NCBI RefSeq assembly: GCF_006345805.1
Contig: NC_042997.1
Coordinates: forward strand, 152,644,001 to 152,708,000
Length of the DNA stretch: 64,000 nucleotides
From: Octopus sinensis
Lineage: Eukaryota
Direction: 5' to 3'
Shown here: positions 54,289 to 64,000 of the stretch, piece by piece
Numbering within the stretch: position 1 is the first letter of the stretch
Layout of the letters: the number at the start of each line of letters is the position of its first letter
The notes under the pieces: model-generated
Database searches by the model: none
Told to the model about the DNA's origin: nothing
The model's input: the letters and a program-made list of their open reading frames with translations, nothing else
Made by a program: the position numbers and the translations under genes

Positions 54289-54326
54289 TCTTTCTGTCGA
54301 AGAGCGTAGGCTCGAAACGTAAAAGA
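54289..54326 (+). ncRNA. Minimal PLE hammerhead-like ribozyme with U at core position 6
   Basis: UCUUU-CUGUCGA-A-GAGC GUAG GCUC-GAAA-CG-UA/AAAGA: 5-bp stem I, 4-bp stem II, palindromic ACGU stem III. Confidence 0.68.
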
Positions 54327-54423
54327 CTTGTTTTATTTCTATTCCTGAACGCCATACAAATACAATTGTTTGTTTGTACTCCACCTGCCTTCGTCTTTTG
54401 TTTATTTTCGTATACCTTCCCGT

Positions 54424-54484
<61 letters not shown>

Positions 54485-54823
54485 TATATGTCTATATATA
54501 TACATACATACATATATACATACATACATACAAATATGCATACATACATACATACATACATACATACATACATACATACATACATACATGCATGCATTCA
54601 TACAGGAATATTTTGCATTCACCCTAACTTGTCCAAGATTTTCCTGTCATCAATTATCGATTTTGAAATCCTCCTCTAGTACACTACCGCCGGCGATGGC
54701 AACCTATAGTGATGCTATAAGGGACTGTCAAGGAAATCTTCCAGCATTGTTGAACGCTTTATTTTCTTCCTTCCTGCTAGCATTGCGGGCATTATATACA
54801 GCCAGAGGCAGTACATATATATA

Positions 54824-54863
<40 letters not shown>

Positions 54864-57769
54864 TATATATATACATACATAATATATGTGTGTGTGTGTA
54901 TAAGGTATATGTTACTTCATAACATTATTAAATGTTATTAACGTTGCACATCCTTTGAATGAGATATACTTTGCCCTTTTCTGTTAGTACGTAATTGAAA
55001 GCGATAAGTGTTTTCTCTTTTTGATTTTGTTACCATATTTTTCATTATCAAATGTGGATATGCTATCAAATTCCTTTTAATAGAGAAACATTTTCAATCT
55101 AGTTTAATCGTTTGTATTTGTTTGTAAGTTGGATATAAGCTGCCAGTCACTGCTGTTGAAGAATCACTCTGCAGGGTTTTGAAGCAGACTGCAGAGTGTG
55201 TTTTCTTAGGTACTTTGCAGAACATCTATGTGATGGAAATACCCTGACTGTTCCAGCCCCAAATGACGAACATGCCAATGAGAAAATTAGGAAATTAATT
55301 TGCAGATTTACTCAAAAATATTCCATATAAATAACACCAAAATCATATGGTTTTGAAAAGCCTTCTTTCAAATTGAATTTATTTGATTTCAGCTCACGAC
55401 CGCCAAGCAGATTCAAATTTGCATAACTTCACATTTATCCATCTATTCATCCAGTCAGACAGATGGAGAAAAAAAGAAAGAAAGAAAGAAAGAGAAAAAG
55501 AAAGGAAGAAAACAAGAAAACAAGGAATAGGGAGAGGAAGGGATTCAAGGTGTGTTTCAAGCTTAAGTTATTTCCAGATATATACTAGAGTGAGATTTCT
55601 AAATGGTTCTTCCCACGAGCATTAACAATAACTGTTTATGATTCTATATTTAACTTGTTTTCTTTAAGTTGTTTTAAAGTTCACCCTTAAAATTACAGTG
55701 GTCCGCTTCTATTTGGTTGGTTTGATGTCTCTTTTATCACAATCGTGAAACGGGGCTAATGGTTAGGTCACGAATACATCTAATGTAAAAATTGTCAACA
55801 TTTTCTTAGCTTGTTTCCGACAATTTTCTATTCATACAGACTGTTCTCTTTTATCCTTAACTCTTAAGCTACGAAACTTTGTTAATAAATATTAGTAAAC
55901 GGAAGTTGTGTTGAAGCTTATCCAGTGATCTCTTCCTAGTTTTGAGATAAAGACTTAATCCATTGTTCCACCAAGTCATTGTGCGTTTGCAGTATTAGAA
56001 CCTGTTGTTCAACATAAGGAAGATTTTATTCCATCAGTAATGGAGCTCATATAAGTCTGTTGATGCACAGGTATGGGCTTCCCCGATCAAACCACCGGCG
56101 ACAAAGTGCTTAGACAGGCCCAGCTACTGACACTACCATGATTAAAGAATCAGTTATGCTCCCCAGTAGCACTCTAGGCCAGGACTGAAACTCTGGACTG
56201 AAATTCCTCCGGGGCAGCATTGCTCCTTGGTTTTCGTCGACGCCCAGATGTTCCTCAAGAAAATCATCGCACTTGCCAGCAACTGATTCTGACCGCACTG
56301 TCTAATTTGTAGAGGGTTTTGTGCCTCTGGCGACATTTCAGATGTCAAGCTCCCTCTTTCAGTCTTCACTTGACTTTGAACTACAGCTCTGCCAAAGGAC
56401 GAGTTGTGGAAATAGGCATCAGACGTACAGCAGCCACACGCGTCCATTGTCAAGGAAATTCTGGAGATGCTGCAGCCACAGTGCATGTTTGTACATGTCT
56501 GCTGTGCATATCATTAACCATGGCATGCCCAGTGCTTCACTCAGCTAAGAGTCGCAGCAAGTCTTCAGGGTAAGTACCGAAGTTAATTCTGCAATCAACC
56601 ACCCCCACTCTTCACTCTTCTCGAAAAGTTGAACAGTGTGTCACTGAGAATTTGCACCACATGATCATCATGATCCACTGGATACCCGTTTAACGTTTTG
56701 TAACCACGTTGTGCCTCTAACATTCAATCCGATCGAGCGGCTTTCGTTTGTCTGTCATGGAGCACGTACCTTAATTCTTGCAACACAGCTTTAGCGTATG
56801 TCACTGATGAAGTGGTCAAAGGTCAATCTTACTTCAAGCAATGTCTATCCTGAGCACTTTTTCTAAACTTTTAAGCCTTCTTTTAATTTAGGTTTCTCTA
56901 TCGCTATTTGTTCACAAAACTTTATCGATCCTCCTCAAATCTCCCGTTTAAGGAAAAGCTACCATCTGTTATTGACAATTGCTCACGTCAACACCTGCTA
57001 AAGTAATTCCCTAATCCAGTCTCTGTAAGTTTGACGTGCTAAGAAAAACACGTTTAGCTTCCAGTAGCACGAAACTATGTGACATACACAATTTTTTTAT
57101 CCTTGTAAGAACATTTTCCGCTGAACTTATAAAATGTGATGGCGATATATTTCAAGAAGCTCTGATTATACATACAAACCGCTGACATCTTGGGAAGTTT
57201 TGTTAATTTTCAGCATGATATCGACATTATCTTCCACATTTTCTCCCTCTCTAAGAGACATTGATAATAGAAACGTATCCTAGACAATTTATTTGACAGG
57301 AGTAACACTGTTTATATCATTACATCAACTCCATTACTTATTAGTTGTTATTAATTTCTCTTAAAACCGGAGAAATATATAATTTTGCTTTATCAGTTCA
57401 ACATATTATTTTATCAAATTTCTCCGAAGTTATTCCTATATTTTTGCAATGTAATTTACGAGAGAAAATTCCAGCCAGGTTTTGCCGAAAAGCAAGTTGT
57501 TATCAGTGTTATTATGTTATAAATAAGAATCCATTTTTATTATTTATTACAATTTATTGATTATTGCTGAACAAATTTTGTGTTTGACTTTCTAATATTT
57601 CTCTTGTAAATCCGCGTCAATCCTATTGATATCACACATACACACATAGACACACAGATACACACACATACAAAATCATGCATACACATATAAATGTCTA
57701 TACGCTTGGACATTGACTTCAACTTTATCCAAAATTAATTTTTATTATTGCACAACAGTTGCCTAACCT

Positions 57770-58200
57770 CCTTTCGGATTCGGTAATAAAAGTACCAGTC
57801 AAGTAGTGGGATCTGTATAATCGATGAGACCCCGCAACACAAAATTTCAGGCCTTGTGCCTAAAGTACAATGGATTATTACACGACAATAAAAGTAATGA
57901 GTTTCTGGAATCATTAGCACTCCGGACAAAACGCTTAGCGGCATTTCGCTCGTCAATACTTTCCTAGTTGAAATTCCGCCGAGGTCGGTTAACTTTCATT
58001 TCTTCAGGGTCGATAAAGCAAGTACCAGTTGAAAACTGGAGTCGATATAATCAACTTCCTCCACTCAATAAATACTCACCGCTTTCGCTAGTTTAAATAC
58101 TAAAATAATGCTTTTTTCTAATTTCTGTACAAAGCCAGTACTTTTGAGGTTGTTGACCCTGTAGTACTTAACTTCATTTTATCAACACCGAAAATCGCAG
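57770..58200. mobile_element. Cluster of SINE family C fragments in both orientations
   Basis: Tail fragment 57770-57866 (+), near-full copy about 57900-58100 (+, gaaattccgccgaggtcgg), fragment 58110-58200 (-). Confidence 0.7.
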
Positions 58201-58219
58201 CAAGCTGACGAGGTAGACA

Positions 58220-58560
58220 TTCAAGTATATCCTGCATCTGGGTTGCTACACGTACCAATCAGATGAGCAAAGTGATACGTTGCACGTGTACCACTCATCC
58301 TCGTTCTCCAAAGACCGAACTGAGGTTTTGTTGAGCGTACTGCTATTGTTGTTTTTGCTACTGTGTAGGCGGTGTCTGCTGCTGTTGTTGTCAACTTTAT
58401 TGATGATGTAGTATTTCCTGTTACTCCATCTCTTACAGATGTATTTGTTGTAGGTGGTACTTACATTGTTGCAAATGGGGCTGGAACCACTATTGTTGGT
58501 GTTGTAGTTGCTACTGTTATTGTCGCTGTTGATGTTGTGCTGTTGGCAGCAGTGGAGGCC
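58220..58560 (-). pseudogene. Thr-rich decayed ORF, possibly the start of a LINE ORF1
   Basis: MASTAANSTTSTATITVATTTPTIVVPAPFATM*VPPTTNTS...TTIAVRSTKPQF; the composition continues in frame through one TAA. The family assignment is a guess. Confidence 0.3.
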
Positions 58561-59389
58561 ATTTTCTTTCTATCACTGTCTGTTATAAAAGATGGGTTGC
58601 ATTGTGTGGCACATTACTGGTGTCTAGTCTTCCTACTCTTCACTACCACCTGCATCTGCTGTCTTCTTGGTAACTATATTACGTCGGAGTTCCCATCAGT
58701 CTCGCGTTTCAGCTGAATCAGGGTCTAACCGCATTTTAAGCTAATTTTGTTTTGAGAATCTTTTTATTTATTAGTTGCAGTGTGGATGAATCGTTAAAAC
58801 GATGAATTTTTCATGTCTATATAAGATTTATAGTTCTGATGGATGTTCGCAATTTTTATCTGAACACATCACAGGTAAACTGGTATCAGAGTAAATTACT
58901 TATTTCTACATGAGACGTTGAAGTACTTTTGGGCCAGGATCTAAGAGTGAAATTTTATTCACATACAGTCATATCGCCTGAAATTTAGGCAAAGTCCTAG
59001 ACTCTAGATATACTTTTCAAGCAGAGTTCACTTCACTCTTACCATTCCTTCATTTGTTTACTCTAGGAATTGTGGGGATATTGTAAGTTTGACTTTGTTA
59101 CAGAGTTGATTGAAGTATTTCTCTGGTTGGTCCAGATACAACCTTCTGGAACAGAAAACAAACTTACAGAGCTTCTAAAACACGTCCAGCTACGACAATG
59201 AACAAAATAACTGTTTCTAAGTTTGGTACAAGGCCAGAAATTGTATGGGCGAGGTTAGACGCTATCATGATCCAAGTGCTTGATTAGCATTTTATAAAGC
59301 CCAAAAGAAAGAAATGCAGTGTTCATATAGGAGAGACCTGAACTGAAAGCGTAAAGGGCCAGAACAAATACCGCGAAGCAGAGGACAAA

Positions 59390-59600
59390 ATAAACAACAG
59401 TGCAAGATCATAGACTTTGCGATCCCTTATGATAACAGAGCCGATTCCAATGAAATTGAATAAAAAAAAAGAGAAATATAAAGTCATAACCAGGAGGTTA
59501 AAGAGACCGCGGAAGACTAATACAGCATCACATCAAACCACAGTGCATCCCCAAGGCACACAGAGCTGTGCTCGGTAGTGCAGTGAAAACACGTGAAGAA
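59390..59600 (+). mobile_element. R4/Dong-type LINE 3' fragment (RLE endonuclease) plus 3' UTR
   Basis: KCKIIDFAIPYDNRADSNEIE..EKYK motif, then the shared UTR agcatcacatcaaaccacag...gctcggtagtg.agtgaaa and trinucleotide repeats. Confidence 0.72.
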
Positions 59601-59806
59601 AATAAGACTACTGTATAACAACAACAATGACGACGACGACGACGACAACGACGACGACGACGACAACAACAACAACAACAGCAACAACAGCAGCAATAAT
59701 AATAATAATAATTATTATTATTATTATAACAATAATAATAATAAGAGAGTGCAAACATCCCCCAAGGCAACTCTAACGTCCTCGCGACGATTAGTCAGAG
59801 AGGATT

Positions 59807-60038
59807 CCTGTGCAAACTCATGCACTTGGTATAACACTCAAGATGCTACCTAAAAGACTGAAAGATATTTGAATTCAGACTCTTATTATCGGCATACAGA
59901 TAAAGTACCATCCTATATCCTACAGAATATAGAAGAGATTCCTATAGAATCCTAAGAAAGATTTTTGAGACTTGAAGGGATTTGCCGCTAACAAACCTCC
60001 AGATAACATTCCTGCTAACTAAATTAGCATGTACTATC

Positions 60039-60040
<2 letters not shown>
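59807..60040 (+). mobile_element. R4/Dong-type 3' end of a second family, ending in (TAA)n
   Basis: Decayed ALGIT..MLPKRLKDI.IQTL..and.RILRKIFE; runs into (TAA)n at 60040-60230. Confidence 0.55.
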
Positions 60041-60114
<74 letters not shown>

Positions 60115-60125
60115 TGATAATAATA

Positions 60126-60171
<46 letters not shown>

Positions 60172-60239
60172 TAATAATAATAACAACAACAACAACAGCA
60201 ACAACAACAACAACAACAATAATAATAATAACATAACAA

Positions 60240-60430
60240 CAACATCAAGACTAAGAGGTATATATATCATACACAATAGTACTACTAGACACCGAACATA
60301 TTCTACATAAAACATTTTCAATACAGTAAAAATGAGAGCATCACATCAAACCACAGTGCGTACCCAAGGCACACAGAGCTGCGCTCGGTAGTGCAGTGAA
60401 AACATGTGAAGAAAATAAGACTACTGTATA
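60240..60430 (+). mobile_element. R4/Dong-type 3' end (short)
   Basis: IVLLDTEHILHKTFSIQ-stop (cf. IALLGTAHILRRTLSIQ at 63300) plus the same UTR. Confidence 0.7.
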
Positions 60431-60578
60431 ACAACAACAATGACGACGACGACGACGACAACGACGACGACGACGACAACGACGACGACGACGACAACGA
60501 CGACGACGACGACAACGACGACGACGACAACAACAACAACAACAACAGCAGCAACAACAACAGCAATAATAATAATAA

Positions 60579-60761
60579 GAGAGTGCAAACATTCCCCAAA
60601 GCAACTCTAACGTCCTCGCGACGATTAGCCAGAGAGGATTTTTAAAATGAGAATATCTGAAATAAACTCGACAGTTCTGAGAATACTAAAAATGAACCCG
60701 ACTACTCTCAAAAATTAAATAAAAAAACCGGAAAAATTATCCAGAATCCTTGTCCGGTACC
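60579..60761 (-). mobile_element. HINE/DINE-1-like non-autonomous Helentron, 3' half
   Basis: Minus strand ggtaccggacaaggattctggataattttt...tattctcattttaaaaatcctctctggctaatcgtcgcgaggacgttagagttgc..gtttgcactctc, abutting a TT(A) run; overlaps the 5' half by 28 bp. Confidence 0.6.
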
Positions 60762-61999
60762 TCGTTTTCCTGTCCATTTCCTCAAGCACGTGCTTTGTCC
60801 ACCTAACAACACCTGCGCGATATCGCATTAAGGAAATAACCCAAGTGTCTATTTCCCCTGACTTGTCTTTTCCATTGTGCCTACATCCCATAATTTAGTT
60901 CTGAGATATTATCGCCTAAAGCCTTGCTTCATTTCGCTTTCCTTGATTTGTCATATTCCAAAATAACTAGATATTTATATCCATTAGTCTCAATATCTTG
61001 ATTTTCTTGTCGTTGAGTAGTTCTATGCCATCAGACGACACTATTTTGCCTTTTTGTATGATAAGCATACCACAATTTTTAGTCCCAAATTCCATTCCGA
61101 TATTTTTACTGAATATCAGCACTGCTGAAACTAGGCAATTCATTTCACTTTAGGTCTTCCCAAAGATCTTTAATTCATCCATATATAACAGATGATTTAA
61201 TTTTCCTCCACTTCCCAAGGTGTACCCCGAAGTTACTTTCCGTAGTATCTGTGTGAAGGGTATCATACAAATCAAAGACAACAATTGTGATAGAATATCT
61301 CTTTGAAATATGCCTCTGTTGATGCTAACCCTCACCAAAACTTTTCCACATGAAGTTAAATCTGTATTACAATTTTTCATTCATCTCCTAACAAAATTTA
61401 ATGTTATTCTGTTATGGGTTTCAGCTCTAAGGCTGTGGCCATGCTGGAGCACCGCCAGTGACATATGTTATTTATATATATATTATATTGCTCAATTCTT
61501 TGGTCAGATCGCTTGACCTTTGTCGCTTCAGCCTGCAATCTTTGTTTCAGCTCTTCAAGAACTGCATTCAGCCCCTTTTTCTTTATCCTACATTTACGTT
61601 CCTGATACTTCTTCTCCCGCTTGGCTTCCTTTATTTTCTTTCTTTCCAAGGTGTTGATATGTGTTCGTAGTCCGTTCATTGATTGCTTTATTCTTCTTTC
61701 CCACCAGGGTTCTATTCATTCATTCCTACATTCACGGTTTGGTTCGAGGCTTATTTCATTTCCTATATAAATGATGCAGGCTTTAATCAATCTATCCGTT
61801 TCGATTGTATTGTCTGTTTTGATTTCTTTCGGTATTTCGGTATTCACCTCAAGGGCCCACCTCCTGGGAAAATTTCTATCTGCTTTCCAGAATCCATTTA
61901 TTTCCATATCTAGGACTCCCTCAATGATACTAGGAATGTCTTCGATCATTCCTTTGTCTTCATTATTCTGTTTTCCTCTGCAATCAGGGCTTAAGACAT
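60762..61999 (-). mobile_element. R4/Dong-type LINE, N-terminal and RT regions (inverted, internally deleted)
   Basis: KKKGLNAVLEELKQRLQAEATKVKR, INRGIFQRDILSQLL..CMIPFTQILRK, KLNHLLYMDELKIF, MEFGTKNC and IDTWVISLMRYRAGVVRWTKHVLEEMDRKTR. Confidence 0.88.
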
Positions 62000-62191
62000 A
62001 ATACTTCACGCGGTTAGCGAAGGGGGAGGTATTGTTTTCAGTCAAATTTGTTGGTTTTACTTTGGACAAGATATCTCAAGAACCGCTGAATGCATTCTGA
62101 TGAAACTTTCAGGGATGTTTGGCCATGTGACTGCACGAAGTGATGAGGTTTTGGGATCGAACCGGTACCGGACAAGGATTCTGGATTATTT
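62000..62191 (+). mobile_element. HINE/DINE-1-like element, 5' half
   Basis: tacttcacgcggttagcgaagggggaggtattgttttcagtc...gatatctcaagaaccgctg..tgaaactttcaggg, a typical HINE 5' layout. Confidence 0.6.
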
Positions 62192-62273
62192 GAACAATTT
62201 ACTTTGCTTTACACGAAGTATTACAATCTTACGTTCTTTCAAGTCTTTCTTAGTTGTCTCCATTTCGGTCACC

Positions 62274-63043
62274 ATTAACAAGGGTGACCGAAAAGAATAC
62301 TGAAAGCCTAATCATCGCGGCCCAGGACCAGGCATTGAATACTAACTCAGTGAAAAAGAATATATACCACACAAGTGCATCGGACCTCAGCAGATTGTGT
62401 GGGAAGAGGGTCGAAAGTGTGACTCCCATTGTTAGTGCCTGTGAAAGTCTTGCACAGAAAGAGTACAAGCGTAGACACGGCAAAGTAGCCCAAAACCTCC
62501 ACTGGTTGCTAAGATGTAAGTATGGATATGAGGTTACGGATGCTTAGTACCAACATACACCGGAAAAGGTAATGGACGAAAAGGGAAGGCAAAAACCCTC
62601 TGGGACTTTGATTTCCAAACAAAGTCTTAGAGCACCGAAAGCCGGATATAGTAACCTTTAGGAGGGACAAACAAGAGTGCCTAAAAATCGACGCTGCAGT
62701 GCCAGGAGACCAACATATCATCATGAAAGAAAGAGAAAAAGTTGATAAATATGGAGACCTGAGAATTGAGATCGCTAAGATGTGGCAGCTATGAGAGTCG
62801 AACATAAAGGTCATCCCTATATTCATCGGAGCATTGGGTTCAATACCACCCAATCTGAAAAAAAAAACATCTGAAAATTTCAGAGATACACTACAATCTA
62901 GATGTACTTGGAATTGCACGCATATTGCGTAAAGTACTGTCTGTCTGAGGTCCTTGTTGTGACTTGACATACTGTACAAAACCTTGGTAGACACAATATC
63001 ATCAAGAAACAACCTCACGATATTGTGTATCTTGTACGACGTC

Positions 63044-63045
<2 letters not shown>
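62274..63045 (+). mobile_element. R4/Dong-type LINE C-terminal region (CCHC knuckle and RLE) with 3' UTR and (TAA)n tail
   Basis: TESLIIAAQDQALNTN, RLCGKRVESVTPIVSACESLAQKEYKRRH, RKPDIV..IDAAVPGD..EKVDKYGDLRIEIAKMW and VIPIFIGALGSIP. Confidence 0.9.
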
Positions 63046-63107
<62 letters not shown>

Positions 63108-63143
63108 TAATAATAACAATAGTAATAATAATAATAATAATAA

Positions 63144-63445
63144 ATACAAAGACCTGGAAATAGAGGTAACCAGAATGTGGAATCTAAAAACAGAAACAAT
63201 TCCTATCATAGTAGGTGCATTAGGCATGATAAAAAAATATTCAGACAAATACATAACAAAAACACCAGGACTTACAAACACATATAACATACAGAAAATT
63301 GCACTACTAGGCACTGCACACATCCTACGCAGAACACTTTCCATACAATAACCATCAGAGCATCACATCAAATCACAGCACATACCCAAGGAACACAGAG
63401 CTGCGCTCGGTAGTGAAGTGAAAGCACGCTATAAAAAGAACAATG
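63144..63445 (+). mobile_element. R4/Dong-type 3' end between (TAA)n tracts
   Basis: KDLEIEVTRMWNLKTETIPIIVGALGMIKKYSDKYITKTPGLTNTYNIQKIALLGTAHILRRTLSIQ-stop, then UTR and TAA repeats. Confidence 0.88.
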
Positions 63446-63510
<65 letters not shown>

Positions 63511-63590
63511 AAGAAAAGAAGAAGAAGAAAAAGAAGAAGAAGAAGAAGAAGAAGAAGAAGAAGAAGAAGAAGAAAAAGAAGAAAAAGAAA
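63445..63590. repeat. (TAA)n followed by (AAG)n microsatellite
   Basis: Read directly. Confidence 0.97.
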
Positions 63591-64000
63591 TTTGACCACC
63601 AAATCGGACACATGTATTTGGTGCTCATTCTACGTATCTGTCTTGTCCAGCTGCTAAGTTACAGGGTCGATTTCAAAGAAAAATATCCAGGTGCATGTAT
63701 GGAAAAAACGAGGCAACAACAATCAAGCTGCAATGATGATGTCATAACAAAATAGATTAAATATTTAATCACAGATATAACAAACAATGAACCTACATCG
63801 GTAAAGAAACTGTAACCTTTGCAGGATCAGAGCAACACAAATGAACACCTTCCTCTACGAAAGACTTTTCAACTCCTGGCTGACAAATAATTACCAGAGC
63901 TGGATATATTGATTAACCTGATTTCATAGATACAGGTGAAGATCTGTAAATACTCAGTATGATTTTAATTTCTATTAATCCGTTTAATAAGATAGACTTC

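Larger units (their letters stand above)
53123..54422 (+). mobile_element. 5'-truncated Penelope-like element: GIY-YIG endonuclease, UTR, hammerhead, tail, (TA)n
   Basis: GIY-YIG frame followed by a pyrimidine tract, UTR, hammerhead motif at 54289-54326 and a tail running into (TA)n at about 54424. Confidence 0.85.

Noticed and set aside
56100-56600. GC-richer block with several overlapping ORFs and a 257-nt open exon candidate (56313-56569)
   Set aside because: No recognisable protein motif; most likely an unclassified TE remnant.
59060-59148. Exon candidates on both strands (RLYLDQPEKYFNQLCNK on minus; 16-nt exon on plus)
   Set aside because: Conflicting splice signals, short, and with no homology I can support.
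59524-63445. Repeat-spacer-like alternation suggestive of a CRISPR array
   Set aside because: Repeats are LINE 3' UTRs and microsatellites of irregular length in a eukaryotic context; no cas genes.

Overview
AT-rich eukaryotic DNA made almost entirely of microsatellites, SINEs and decayed transposons. The SINE families, the (TA)n load and the LINE spectrum point to an octopod cephalopod (Octopus-like); that assignment is inference from repeat families recalled from memory, not a database match. I could not support any intact host protein-coding gene, tRNA, rRNA or CRISPR array, and most long ORFs in the track are microsatellite read-throughs. Recognisable elements are Tx1/L1, RTE, Penelope-like (PLE) and R4/Dong-type (RLE) retroelements, Tigger/pogo, mariner, maT-like (DD37D) and hAT transposase remnants, MITEs, a Helentron-type non-autonomous element (HINE) and three SINE families. 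The most interesting signal is a set of minimal hammerhead-ribozyme motifs at PLE 3' ends, each followed by a short tail and a (TA)n tract. One (32847-32879, minus) has a compensatory A3-U8 core pair in place of C3-G8, and two copies of another family both carry U at core position 6. The last 5 kb hold a stack of (TAA)n-tailed Dong-like 3' ends, a local duplication and a complex inversion whose breakpoints can be read from the sequence. All alignments and folds were done by eye.
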